This document shows positions 32,150 to 41,457 of a stretch of DNA of 64,000 bases, piece after piece. Position 1 is the stretch's first letter, and every line of letters starts with the position of its first letter. This stretch comes from an uncultured Acidobacteriota bacterium (GTDB lineage: Bacteria; Acidobacteriota; Thermoanaerobaculia; UBA5066). The DNA lies in contig CAVZYA010000002.1 of the NCBI GenBank assembly GCA_963779415.1, positions 864,001-928,000 of the forward strand, read 5' to 3'. The position numbers and the translations under genes are program-made. Below the pieces are notes generated by a model. The model saw only the letters and a program-made list of their open reading frames with translations, was not told where the DNA came from and did not search any database.

Positions 32150-32869
32150 GTGGCGAAAGACGTCACCCCGGCCCGACCGCACGAAGGCCCGATCATCCGG
32201 ATGGAGGAGATCCGGAAGGTCTACGACACGGGAAAAGTGCGGGTCGAGGCGTTGAAGGGGATCGACCTGGTCGTGAACAAGGGAGAGTTCGTGGCGGTCG
32301 TGGGGCCGTCGGGCTCGGGAAAGTCGACGCTCATGAACCTCATCGGCTGCCTCGACACGCCGACCGAGGGGGACTACTTCCTCGCGGGGGAGAAGGTGGC
32401 GGGCCTCTCGCGCGACCAGCTCGCCGACGTGAGGAACCGCCGGGTCGGCTTCGTCTTCCAGTCCTTCAACCTGCTGCCGCAGATCTCTTCGCTCGAGAAC
32501 GTCGAGATGCCGCTCCTCTTCGGGGGCGTTCCGCCGAAGAAGCGGAGGGAGCGGGCGGCCGAGATGCTCTCGAAGGTGGGCCTCGCCGACCGGATGGACC
32601 ACAAGCCGACGGAGCTGTCCGGAGGCCAGATGCAGCGCGTCGCGATCGCGCGCGCCATGGCGATGAACCCCGACATCCTCCTCGCCGACGAGCCGACCGG
32701 AAACCTCGACTCGACGTCGGGCGGCGACATCATGAGCGTCTTTTCGGACCTCTGGAAAACGGGAAGCACGCTCATCGTCATCACGCACGACGCGACCCTC
32801 GCGCGGCGCGCCTCGCGGATCGTCGAGATCCGGGACGGGAGGATAGAGAGGGGGGACCGGGGGGAATAG
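32150..32869 (+). CDS. ABC transporter ATP-binding protein (MacB/LolD type)
   Basis: GPSGSGKST, LSGGQMQR and ADEPTGNLD motifs. Confidence 0.95.
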   Translation: MAKDVTPARPHEGPIIRMEEIRKVYDTGKVRVEALKGIDLVVNKGEFVAVVGPSGSGKSTLMNLIGCLDTPTEGDYFLAGEKVAGLSRDQLADVRNRRVGFVFQSFNLLPQISSLENVEMPLLFGGVPPKKRRERAAEMLSKVGLADRMDHKPTELSGGQMQRVAIARAMAMNPDILLADEPTGNLDSTSGGDIMSVFSDLWKTGSTLIVITHDATLARRASRIVEIRDGRIERGDRGE

Positions 32870-32896
32870 GGGGTCCGGGGGGCCAAAGCCCCCCGC
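32869..32896 (+). repeat. REP-like GC-rich extragenic hairpin
   Basis: gggggtccggggggccaaagccccccg; same head (gggggtccggggg) and tail (aagccccc) as the element at ~6113-6156. Confidence 0.55.
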
Positions 32897-32899
32897 CAA

Positions 32900-33988
32900 T
32901 TGAGTTCTCCTCTTCGCATCCGTAGAATACGAAAGCAGGAGACACCCGAGATCCGACCCGACGCCATCCCGCTCACCCTGCCGGAATCCGGGCTCGGCGC
33001 TCTCTTTGGTGTTCACGACGAAAATCTCCGGCTCCTCGAAGAGTCTTTCGGCGTCGCGATCACGGCGCGGGGCAGCGAAGTCTTCGTCGCCGGGGACGCC
33101 GAGCCGGCTGCCGCGGCGGCCCGTCTTCTCTCCGAGTTCGGAAAGCTGATCGAGCGCGGCTTCGTCCCGAAGAAGCACGACCTCGCGACCGCCATCCGGA
33201 TCCTGAAGGAGGACCCGGCAGCTTCGCTCGTCGACTTCTTCGAGAACCGGGCGCTCGGGCCGGCGCTACGCCAGGTCGTGACGCCCCGAAACGTTCGGCA
33301 GCAGGAGTACATCGCGGCCATCGCGGAGAACGATCTCGTCTTCGCCATCGGCCCGGCGGGAACGGGGAAGACCTACCTCGCCGTCGCCATGGCCGCCGCC
33401 GCCCTTCTCGAAAAGCGGGTCAAGCGGATCGTCCTCTGCCGCCCGGCGGTCGAGGCGGGCGAAAAGCTCGGCTTCCTTCCCGGCGACCTCGCCGAGAAGG
33501 TGAACCCGTATCTCCGCCCCCTCTACGACGCTCTCTACGACATCCTCGGCTACGACAAGGTCGGCCGGATGCTGGAGCGGAACATCATCGAGGTGGCGCC
33601 GCTCGCCTTCATGCGCGGCCGGACGCTGAACGACGCCTTCGTCATCCTGGACGAGGCGCAGAACACGACCTCTGAGCAGATGAAGATGTTCCTGACGCGG
33701 ATCGGCTTCGGAACGAAGGCGGTCGTGACGGGGGACATCACGCAGATCGACCTCCCGGCCGGGAAGGTCTCGGGGCTGAAGGAGGCCGCGCAGGTCCTCG
33801 CCGGGGTCGAAGCGATGCGCTTCATCCGGTTCGACCAGCGCGACGTCGTCCGGCACCGGATCGTGCAGGCGATCGTGAATGCCTACGAGATCTGGGAGGC
33901 CAGCCGCCCCGAAGCGGAGCCGAACGGCAACGGCCACGGTGCGGCGAATGGAAACGGAAACGGGAAGAAGAACGGGCATACGGAGTAG
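32900..33988 (+). CDS. phoH: PhoH family ATPase
   Basis: GPAGTGKTYLA, RPAVEAGEKLGFLPGD, APLAFMRGRT and DEAQN motifs. Confidence 0.95.
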   Translation: MSSPLRIRRIRKQETPEIRPDAIPLTLPESGLGALFGVHDENLRLLEESFGVAITARGSEVFVAGDAEPAAAAARLLSEFGKLIERGFVPKKHDLATAIRILKEDPAASLVDFFENRALGPALRQVVTPRNVRQQEYIAAIAENDLVFAIGPAGTGKTYLAVAMAAAALLEKRVKRIVLCRPAVEAGEKLGFLPGDLAEKVNPYLRPLYDALYDILGYDKVGRMLERNIIEVAPLAFMRGRTLNDAFVILDEAQNTTSEQMKMFLTRIGFGTKAVVTGDITQIDLPAGKVSGLKEAAQVLAGVEAMRFIRFDQRDVVRHRIVQAIVNAYEIWEASRPEAEPNGNGHGAANGNGNGKKNGHTE

Positions 33989-34439
33989 GCGGACGACCCC
34001 GTCCGCCCTTTCGATCCAGCGCTGGCTCTCGCGGCTCCTCCCCGAAGCCGGCGTCGAAGGTGCCGAGGTGACGGTCCTTCTCTGCGGGGACGTCCGGATG
34101 CGCCGGCTGAACCGCGAATGGCGTGGCGAGGACCTGCCGACGGACGTCCTCTCGTTCTCTCCGCTCCCCGATCCGCCCCGCCCCCCCCGGCGGCTCGCGC
34201 AGGGCGGCACGCTCGGCGAGATCGTCGTCGACGTCCCGTACGCGGCCCGGCAGGCGAGGCGCCGCGGGCACTCCCTCTCGCGAGAGGTGCAGATCCTTCT
34301 TGCGCACGGCGTCCTTCATCTCCTCGGCTTCGACCACGAGCGGGACGGCGGGACGATGTTCCGGCGGCAAGCACGGCTCGTCCGGGCCGCATTCGGACCC
34401 GGGCCCGACGGCGTCCCGCGGGAGGAGGCACGGCGATGA
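33948..34439 (+). CDS. ybeY: rRNA maturation endoribonuclease YbeY (start uncertain)
   Basis: LNREWRG...PTDVLSF, LGEIV and HGVLHLLGFDH motifs. Confidence 0.9.
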   Translation: METETGRRTGIRSRRTTPSALSIQRWLSRLLPEAGVEGAEVTVLLCGDVRMRRLNREWRGEDLPTDVLSFSPLPDPPRPPRRLAQGGTLGEIVVDVPYAARQARRRGHSLSREVQILLAHGVLHLLGFDHERDGGTMFRRQARLVRAAFGPGPDGVPREEARR

Positions 34440-35332
34440 AGACGGAGCGGCGCCGCTCGGGGACGGTCGCCATCGCGGGACGCCCGAACGCCGGAAAGTC
34501 GACGCTCGTCAACGCCCTCGTGGGGAGGAAGGTCGCCATCGTCTCGGACAAGCCGCAGACGACGCGCCGCCGCGTCCTCGGCATCCGGTCGACCTCCGAG
34601 GGACAGATCGTCTTCGTCGACACGCCGGGGCTCCACAAGCCGCTCCACCGGCTGAACAAGTTGATGATGGACGAGGCGCTCGAGGCGATCCGGGAGGTGG
34701 ACCTACGCGTTCTCGTCGTGGACGTCTCGGTCCCGGAGGGAAACGGGGACCGCTGGACGGCCGAGCTCTTCGCGAAAGGGCCGCGTCCGAACATCGTCCT
34801 TCTGAACAAGATCGACGGCCTCGCCGAGAAGACGGCGCTCCTTCCCCGGATGGCGTCGCTCGCGGCGTCTTCCGCCTTCGAGGAGATCGTGCCGGTCTCG
34901 GCGCTGACGGGCGAAGGGCTCGCGGAGCTTCCGGCGCTTTTTCTTCGCTATCTCCCCGAGGGGGACGATCTCTACCCGCCGGAGACGCTGACGACGACCG
35001 ACGAAAAGACGCGCTGGGCGGAGATCATCCGGGAGAAGTTCCTCGAGAGGGCCCGCGAAGAGATCCCTTACGGGCTCGGCGTCGTCGTGGATGACGTCGG
35101 GCGGGACGAGGCGAAGAACCTGACGGTCGTGATGGCGACGGTCGTCGTGGACAAGGAAAGCCACCGGAGAATCGTGATCGGAGCCGGGGGGCGTGCCCTG
35201 CGCGATTCCGGAGCGGCGGCCCGGCGCGAACTGGAGCAGACTTTCGGCGGCCGTTTCTTCCTCGACCTGACCGTCGCGGCCCGCCCCGGATGGCGGGAAG
35301 ACGCCCGGTTCGTGGCCTCGCTGACGAGCTGA
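34436..35332 (+). CDS. era: GTPase Era
   Basis: GRPNAGKSTL, KPQTTR, DTPG, NKID, EIPY and IVIGAGG KH motif. Confidence 0.95.
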   Translation: MKTERRRSGTVAIAGRPNAGKSTLVNALVGRKVAIVSDKPQTTRRRVLGIRSTSEGQIVFVDTPGLHKPLHRLNKLMMDEALEAIREVDLRVLVVDVSVPEGNGDRWTAELFAKGPRPNIVLLNKIDGLAEKTALLPRMASLAASSAFEEIVPVSALTGEGLAELPALFLRYLPEGDDLYPPETLTTTDEKTRWAEIIREKFLERAREEIPYGLGVVVDDVGRDEAKNLTVVMATVVVDKESHRRIVIGAGGRALRDSGAAARRELEQTFGGRFFLDLTVAARPGWREDARFVASLTS

Positions 35333-35402
35333 CCCGGACCGGACTTGACGTCTCTCGCCCCCCGGACTAAGTTGAAGGTGCCCTCCCCGAGGGCACAGGC
35401 AG

Positions 35403-35801
35403 ATGACACCGATGGGAGTCTCCCGACCGGATAGGCGTCGTTCTCCGCGCGTTTTGGCCGACGAAGCCAGCCGTGGCCAGCTCAAGGCCACGATTCCGGT
35501 CACGATCCGGAATCTCTCGGCCGAGGGTCTCCTCATGGAGCTTCACTCCCCGCTCCGTCCGGGGATGACCTACGACCTCGAGGCACATTTCCCACGCACG
35601 GCGTTTGCCTCCATCGTCAGGATAACCCGCTGCCGGACAGCCGGATACACGGACGACGGCCGCGGCGGGCGATGCCTTCTCTTCTGCGCCGGGGCCGAGT
35701 TCGTAGGTCTCTCGCCCGCGCAATGCGAGACCGTCGCGCGGGTCCTGGATTCGGGCGGAGGGGCCGGCGAAGGCGCGCCGGCGTTTCTTCAGCGCGGCTG
35801 A
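35403..35801 (+). CDS. PilZ domain protein
   Basis: DRRRSPRV (RxxxR) and NLSAEG (D/NxSxxG) c-di-GMP motifs; AGAEF end; TTGACG-type promoter at ~35344. Confidence 0.75.
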   Translation: MTPMGVSRPDRRRSPRVLADEASRGQLKATIPVTIRNLSAEGLLMELHSPLRPGMTYDLEAHFPRTAFASIVRITRCRTAGYTDDGRGGRCLLFCAGAEFVGLSPAQCETVARVLDSGGGAGEGAPAFLQRG

Positions 35802-35813
35802 GATCGACGGCGT

Positions 35814-37136
35814 TCAGCCGCCTGGCGTTCCCTCCTCGGAGAGGATCCTCCGAAGAGAGTCCCAACGGCGCTGCATCTCTTCCGCCCGGGCCTGAAGCGA
35901 ATCCTCGCGGCATCGGCTCTCGGCGAGAGCGCTTCGAAGCAACGAGATCTCCTCTTCGAGAGCCGTAAGGCGGGCTCCGAACCGGACTTCCGCTTCATCG
36001 TGCCCGGTTTCTGCAGTGGGGAGGGGAGGCGGGGATGGCAGCTCCGTGGTTCCCGCCGGCCCTGACGGCTCAACGGCGACGGCTTCGGGAGTCGACGCCG
36101 GCAGCTCTTCCGGCGGGAAAAGCGGAGGGAGCGATCTCGGCGTCGGGATCGCACGCGTCGTCGCGAGATCGGCCTCGGTCGGCAGCTCGCTCGTCGCGAG
36201 CGATGAGTCGAGCGGGGGCTCATCGTCGAAGCCGGGCCCGGCGTCGTCCGACGTCGGCTCCCAACCTTCGGAATCCTCTTCGAGGCCGAGGACTTCGAAC
36301 GCCATGGAAGGAGGAAGCCCGGGCGAGACCGGGAGAAGCTCGGCCTCGGCGGCGGCCGGTTCGGTCCCGGCGGAGACCGGCTCCAGCTCCGGCTCCTCGA
36401 ATACGGCCGACGGCTCGTGAAGGACCGGGGGTGCCATCTCGGCCTGGGCGAAGACCATCTCCGGCGCCTCCGACGCGAGAGCCGGCGCGACCTCCGTGGC
36501 GGCGACGAGCGCCGCGGCCGCGGTCTCGTTCACGCCTGGATCCCCTTTCTGGAGGCGGCGGAGGAGATCCACGAACGTCAACTTCGAGACGAGGCGGAAC
36601 GTCTCGACGATTCCGGCCCCTTCCGTAGCGGACGCCTCGACGAAAGGGTAGGCGGCCAGGTCGAGCGATTCCTGCAGCGTGGCGACGGAAAGGGAGGCCG
36701 GAAGGTCTCGCTTGTTGTACTGGATGACGATGGGAATCCCCTCGAGGGAGGTCCTTTCCCCACGAAGGTTCTCGCGAAGGTTCTGGAACGACTCGAGATT
36801 GTGGGAGAGCATCGCCGGTTGCGAGTCGACGACGAAGACGACGCCGTCCACGCCGCGCAGGACGATCTTTCTCGTCTCGTTGTAGAAGACCTGCCCGGGC
36901 ACGGTGCAGAGCTGGAACCGGACCGTGTACCCCTTGATATTCCCGAGCTCCACCGGGAGGAGGTCGAAGTAGATCGTCCGGTCCTGCGCGGTCGAGAGCG
37001 AGAGGAGTTTCCCCTTCGCGGCGTGGTCGAGCTTCGCGTGCAGGGTGCGGAGGTTCGTCGTCTTTCCGCCGAGGGCGGGGCCGTAGTAGACGATCTTCGC
37101 GGTCAGCTCCCGCGTCGTGTGGTTGAAGAGGGCCAC
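35814..37136 (-). CDS. MglA-like small GTPase with long acidic Pro-rich C-terminal extension
   Basis: KIVYYGPALGGKTTNL, DRTIYFDL, TVPGQVFYN, VDGVVFVVDSQ, QYNKRDL and EASA. Confidence 0.88.
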   Translation of the reverse strand: MALFNHTTRELTAKIVYYGPALGGKTTNLRTLHAKLDHAAKGKLLSLSTAQDRTIYFDLLPVELGNIKGYTVRFQLCTVPGQVFYNETRKIVLRGVDGVVFVVDSQPAMLSHNLESFQNLRENLRGERTSLEGIPIVIQYNKRDLPASLSVATLQESLDLAAYPFVEASATEGAGIVETFRLVSKLTFVDLLRRLQKGDPGVNETAAAALVAATEVAPALASEAPEMVFAQAEMAPPVLHEPSAVFEEPELEPVSAGTEPAAAEAELLPVSPGLPPSMAFEVLGLEEDSEGWEPTSDDAGPGFDDEPPLDSSLATSELPTEADLATTRAIPTPRSLPPLFPPEELPASTPEAVAVEPSGPAGTTELPSPPPLPTAETGHDEAEVRFGARLTALEEEISLLRSALAESRCREDSLQARAEEMQRRWDSLRRILSEEGTPGG

Positions 37137-37169
37137 GCGCCCTCAGTATAGGACGGGTAACCTAGGGGG

Positions 37170-38021
37170 ATGGGACGGGAACCCCGGGAACGCCTTCGGT
37201 CGACGACCCTCGCGGGTCTCCCCGTCTCCGGGGTTTCGGTCGCCGGGCGCGAGAGCTGGTTTCACTTCCCGACGCTCCGGCTCGCGTTCGATCTCGGGCG
37301 CGCCCCGACCGAGCTCGTGCCGGTCTCCAATCTCTTCCTCTCGCACGCCCATCTCGACCACGCGGCGGGGCTGGCCTGGTGGTGCTCGCAGCGGCGGCTC
37401 CAGCGGATGCCCGGGGGCATCGCGCGGACGCATGCCGATGCCGTTCCACTCTGGCGCGAGATCCTCGCCCTTCATGAGCGGCTCGAAGGGGTCGTGTACG
37501 ACGCGCGCGTCGAGGGGATGGAGCCTGGTGTCCCGCTCTTTCTCCGACGAGACCTGTTCGTGACGGCTTTTCCGGTCGATCACCGCGTCCCGACGCTCGG
37601 GTTCCTCGCGTCGGAGGTGAAGCGAAAGCTCCTTCCCGCGTTCGAAGGGCACGGATCGGAGGAGGTCCGGGAGGCGGCGGCGCGCGGCGAGGCGGTCGCG
37701 CGCGAGGTCGCGACCCCCCTCGTCGCCTATTCGGGGGATACGGCCGAGGGCTTCTTCGACCTCGCCCCGCCGGAAGTCTTCCGGGCGAAGCTGCTTCTTC
37801 TCGAATGCTCTTTCGTCGAGGAGCGGGACCGTGACCGATCTCGCGCCTGGAAGCACCTCCACCTGGCCGAGATCGCGGAACGGGCGGAGCGGTTCGAGAA
37901 CGAGGTTCTCGTCCTGACCCACCTCACGGTCCGGACGACGCCGGAAGCAATCCGGAGAGAGATCGCCCGCCGCCTCCCCGCCCGCCTCGCCGCGCGGACG
38001 GTGGCGTTCCTGCCGGAGTGA
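37170..38021 (+). CDS. Metallo-beta-lactamase fold hydrolase, RNase Z-like
   Basis: SHAHLDHAAG, HRVPTLG, YSGDT, ECSF and HLH motifs. Confidence 0.8.
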   Translation: MGREPRERLRSTTLAGLPVSGVSVAGRESWFHFPTLRLAFDLGRAPTELVPVSNLFLSHAHLDHAAGLAWWCSQRRLQRMPGGIARTHADAVPLWREILALHERLEGVVYDARVEGMEPGVPLFLRRDLFVTAFPVDHRVPTLGFLASEVKRKLLPAFEGHGSEEVREAAARGEAVAREVATPLVAYSGDTAEGFFDLAPPEVFRAKLLLLECSFVEERDRDRSRAWKHLHLAEIAERAERFENEVLVLTHLTVRTTPEAIRREIARRLPARLAARTVAFLPE

Positions 38022-38034
38022 GCCCGGTCGCGCT

Positions 38035-38430
38035 CTAGAGGTCGTAGTAGAGCTCGATCTCGTACGGGTGTGGGCGGTTCCGGACCTCGCGATCCTCCTC
38101 CCGCTTCTTCGCGATCCAGCGCGGGATCAGCTCCTCGGGGAAGGGGTCGAGGACGCCGGTCGCGAGGTCGGGGACGAGGACGAGATCTCCCGACTTGACG
38201 GATCGGAGCCCGACGGAGGAGCCGTCGATCCCGACGCCGTCCTCCATCAGGACGGGCGTGAACCGCTCGGCCGGAAGGGTGACGTGCCGCCAGCGCCCGG
38301 CGAGGTCGCAGAACTTGAGATCGACTATCGTGACCCGGCGCTCGCGCGCGAACGCGGCGGCTTCCTCGAAGCAGTGGATCCTGGCAGCACGCTCCGCCTC
38401 GAGCCTACCGGCCGCTCCAGGGTCGGGCAT
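38035..38430 (-). pseudogene. glnA: Internally deleted glutamine synthetase I (N-terminal domain fused in frame to the C-terminal ~35 aa)
   Basis: VDLKFCDLAGRWRHVT...DGSSVG...DLVLVPDLATGVLDPF joined directly to PEELIPRWI...RPHPYEIELYYDL*. Confidence 0.85.
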
Positions 38431-38591
38431 CGGCCGTTTGCGTCAGCGGGATCGGGGCGGGGGCATCACCATAGGACCGAGCGTCGAGGCTCCGATCACA
38501 GAGGCCGGGCACCGCGACGTCGATTGCGGAGGCGATCACGCTCTGTATAATCCACGCCCGTGTCCGAGTCGTCGGAGGACGCTCTTTGGCT

Positions 38592-39110
38592 GTGAACAGG
38601 CGAACGTCATCCCGTCTCTCGTTGGTTCTCGTGGTGGCCCTCGGGGCCGCGTGCGGATCTGTCGGCTGTGGAAGAAGCCCCGCCGAGACGGCACGGCCCG
38701 AGCCTCCCCGCATCCCGCCCCCTCTTCCTCAGGCGGGCTTCCGGGCCGAGATCTCCGTCGCGAAACCTCCTACGAAGCTCAAGGCGAACGAATCAGTCGT
38801 CCTGGACGTGACGGTGAAGAACCTCGGCGACACGCCCTGGCCACACCAGGGGGGGCCGGGAGCCGCCAACGGCGTTCTCCTCTCCTACCACTGGCTGCAG
38901 CCCGGCGCTCCGCTTCCGGTCGCGGATGGCGTCCGGACGAACCTCCCCGCCGACCTCGCCCCGGGCGCCACGGTCGCGCTTCGCGCTACGGTCAAGGCAC
39001 CCGACAAGTCAGGCACCTACATCCTGGAGTTCGACATGGTCCAGGAGGCGGTCACCTGGTTCAAGGCGCAGGGCTCGAAGACCGTTCGCTGCGACGTCAC
39101 GGTCGAGTAG
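38592..39110 (+). CDS. Lipoprotein-like exported protein with Ig-like beta-sandwich
   Basis: Hydrophobic leader with Cys; VTVKNLGDTPW...LSYHW...PGATV...GTYILEFDMVQE..WF; TATAAT at ~38546. Confidence 0.7.
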   Translation: MNRRTSSRLSLVLVVALGAACGSVGCGRSPAETARPEPPRIPPPLPQAGFRAEISVAKPPTKLKANESVVLDVTVKNLGDTPWPHQGGPGAANGVLLSYHWLQPGAPLPVADGVRTNLPADLAPGATVALRATVKAPDKSGTYILEFDMVQEAVTWFKAQGSKTVRCDVTVE

Positions 39111-39160
39111 CCGGAGGGGAGCGCCGCGCTCTCGCCCGCCGGGCCTGAGGGCGGTCCATG

Positions 39161-40111
39161 TCAGGCGGCGAGCGCGCGCGTCGGGCGCGCGAGAATCACG
39201 GCAGAGTCGAACCTTCCGGTGATGCGAATGGTCGCCGCGAGGACCTCGCCGCCGATCCCCGCCAGGGTTCTGACGAGCGGACGAGTCACGCCGATCCTCT
39301 GCCTGAGGTAATCCGGTTCGAAATCGGGGTCTCCGATCCGTTCGACGACGGAGAGACCCGCCGAATTCAGGAGCTTCTCGGCGGAGGAAGGGGAGAAGTA
39401 GTTGAGGTGCGGAGGCCAGGTCCCCATCTGGTAGAGCTGACGAAGGGTGCCCGGGGCCCCGAGGCGGCTGAGAACCGTTGCGGCGCCAAAAAGGAGGCCC
39501 GCGACAGGCACTTTCATGACGACGATCTCGAGTTCCTTTCCGCACGCGCTCACGATGCTCCGAAGGCCGGCCTGGAGCTGTTCGGGCGGAAAATGCTCGA
39601 GGACGTCCAGGAAGCTGATGACGCGTGGGCGGAACGAGAGCCGCGACAGAACCTCGGCTCCGTCCTCCTTCTCCGGGAGGCGATGGGCTTCGATCCCGGA
39701 TTCTCTCAGGCGTTCCACGGAGACGTCCGACGTGTCCACGCCGGCGACGGGAGCGACTCCCGCTGATTGGCAGGCGTCCAGAAACCATCCCCTCCCGGCG
39801 CCGTAGTCGACGACGCCGGAGAGGTTCGGGACGTGCCGTCGAAGGAGCTCGATGAGGCGTCCCGCTTGCCGGACTCTCGTCGCCCGAAGTGCTTCGAGAA
39901 AGGCGCCGTCGTCGTATTGCCGGTGGTAATCGATGCCGGGGCCTCTCCCCCGTTCGTGAATCGCGACGCGATGGCGGCAGGCGCGACATCGGACGACGAC
40001 GAGGCCGCGAGGCGGGATCGATCGGCCGAGGCTCCTCCCGTCGCAGATCGGGCACCGTCCGGAAGGACCGGGCTCCGGGCGGCTCGTTCCCTCCGGCACG
40101 GCGCGCGTCAA
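39161..40111 (-). CDS. Class I SAM-dependent methyltransferase with N-terminal Cys zinc ribbon
   Basis: CPIC...CRAC, VVDYGAGRGWF, DVLEHF and PPHLNYFS; start overlaps the GT2 stop. Confidence 0.82.
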   Translation of the reverse strand: MTRAVPEGTSRPEPGPSGRCPICDGRSLGRSIPPRGLVVVRCRACRHRVAIHERGRGPGIDYHRQYDDGAFLEALRATRVRQAGRLIELLRRHVPNLSGVVDYGAGRGWFLDACQSAGVAPVAGVDTSDVSVERLRESGIEAHRLPEKEDGAEVLSRLSFRPRVISFLDVLEHFPPEQLQAGLRSIVSACGKELEIVVMKVPVAGLLFGAATVLSRLGAPGTLRQLYQMGTWPPHLNYFSPSSAEKLLNSAGLSVVERIGDPDFEPDYLRQRIGVTRPLVRTLAGIGGEVLAATIRITGRFDSAVILARPTRALAA

Positions 40112-41100
40112 CGTTGCGGCCGGCCGGGCTCGTTCTGTATGTCGAGAACGATCGCCTGCAGAAGGAGCTGGAACGCGAGGATGATCGCGAGCGTCCCGAT
40201 CATGACGGTACCCGTCGAGGCCACGACCTTCGTGACGACCGAAAGGTACCAGTGGTAGGCGGACCAGAGGACGCCGAAGACCATGAGGGGAACGCCGGCC
40301 GAGATGAAGACGGAGACGACGGTGAAATCGCGGAGGAAGTAGGCGAATCCGATCCGGCTCACCATCCGCCCGAAGAGCCGCCACGAGAACTCGAAGAGAG
40401 AGCGCCCCGGGCTCAGGGAGCTGATCTCGTCGCCGTAGCGAGGGTGCATCGCCACGTCGACGACGACGCCCCCGGCGCGATACGACTCGCAGAGCAGGCT
40501 GATCTCGAAGAAGTAGCGGTCGGCGAGCCGGGGGCGCCGGATCTCCCGGAGGAGATCGCCCGTGATGGCGATGTAGCCGTTGCAGGGATCGAAGAGGCTC
40601 CAGTAGCCCGAGGCCGCCTTCACGAGAAAGGAAAGGGCGAGGTTGCCGATTCTCCGGAGCGGGGGCATGGCGCTGATGACGGCGAGGTCCGCGAAGCGGT
40701 TTCCCTTGGCGAAGTCCGCCCGGCCCTCGAGGAGAGGAGCGACGAAGGTGGGAATCAGCGAGGGGTCCATCTGGCCGTCGCTGTCGATCTTCACCACGAT
40801 GTCGGCTCCGAGCTGGAGGGCACGGTCGTAGCCGGTCTTCATCGCGCCGCCGACGCCGCGATTGGTCTCGTGGGTCACGAGGAGAACGCGAGGGTCTCCG
40901 ATCCCGGAGACGGCGGCGCCCACGGCGTCCGGGGACGCATCGTCCACGACGATCACGTGTCGGACGCTCGCGGGGATCTGTTCGATCACGGTTCGGATCG
41001 AGGAGACGGCCCGGTAGGCGGGAAGGACGACCGCGATCACCGGAACGTGGTCCGGCGGGCCCTCGAGGACCCTGCTGTCGTACGCGCGACGTCCGTACAT
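40108..41100 (-). CDS. Glycosyltransferase family 2 with C-terminal TM pair (polyprenol-phosphate GT-like)
   Basis: VVLPAY, VVDDASPD, NRGVGGA, KIDSDGQMDP and YGDEISS motifs. Confidence 0.9.
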   Translation of the reverse strand: MYGRRAYDSRVLEGPPDHVPVIAVVLPAYRAVSSIRTVIEQIPASVRHVIVVDDASPDAVGAAVSGIGDPRVLLVTHETNRGVGGAMKTGYDRALQLGADIVVKIDSDGQMDPSLIPTFVAPLLEGRADFAKGNRFADLAVISAMPPLRRIGNLALSFLVKAASGYWSLFDPCNGYIAITGDLLREIRRPRLADRYFFEISLLCESYRAGGVVVDVAMHPRYGDEISSLSPGRSLFEFSWRLFGRMVSRIGFAYFLRDFTVVSVFISAGVPLMVFGVLWSAYHWYLSVVTKVVASTGTVMIGTLAIILAFQLLLQAIVLDIQNEPGRPQR

Positions 41101-41208
41101 TTCCGAGAGGATACCGCGGGCTCGATGGCGCCAGCGGGGCCGGAGTTCCGAATGCCCCTCACGTCCTAGAATGCCCGCGCGCCGGGTCAGCGAAAGGGGG
41201 CAAAGGTG

Positions 41209-41418
41209 ATGAGCAGGATCTACAAGAAGCTCGAGGTCGTGGGAACGTCTCCGGTCAGCTTCGCCGAGGCGGTGAAGGGCGCCGTTGCGGAGGCGGCGAA
41301 GACCGTCCGCCAGATGGACTGGTTCGAGGTCATCGAGGAACGCGGGCGGATCGAGAACGGGGCCGTCGCCGAGTTCCAGGTGACGATCAAGATCGGGTTC
41401 CGGCTGGACCGTCCGTGA
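41209..41418 (+). CDS. Dodecin (flavin-binding)
   Basis: YKKLEVVGTSP...WFEV.EERG...FQVTIKIGFRL. Confidence 0.93.
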   Translation: MSRIYKKLEVVGTSPVSFAEAVKGAVAEAAKTVRQMDWFEVIEERGRIENGAVAEFQVTIKIGFRLDRP

Positions 41419-41457
41419 TCCGGTCGAAACGTCGGCGGCGCTCTACCGGTCCGCCTC

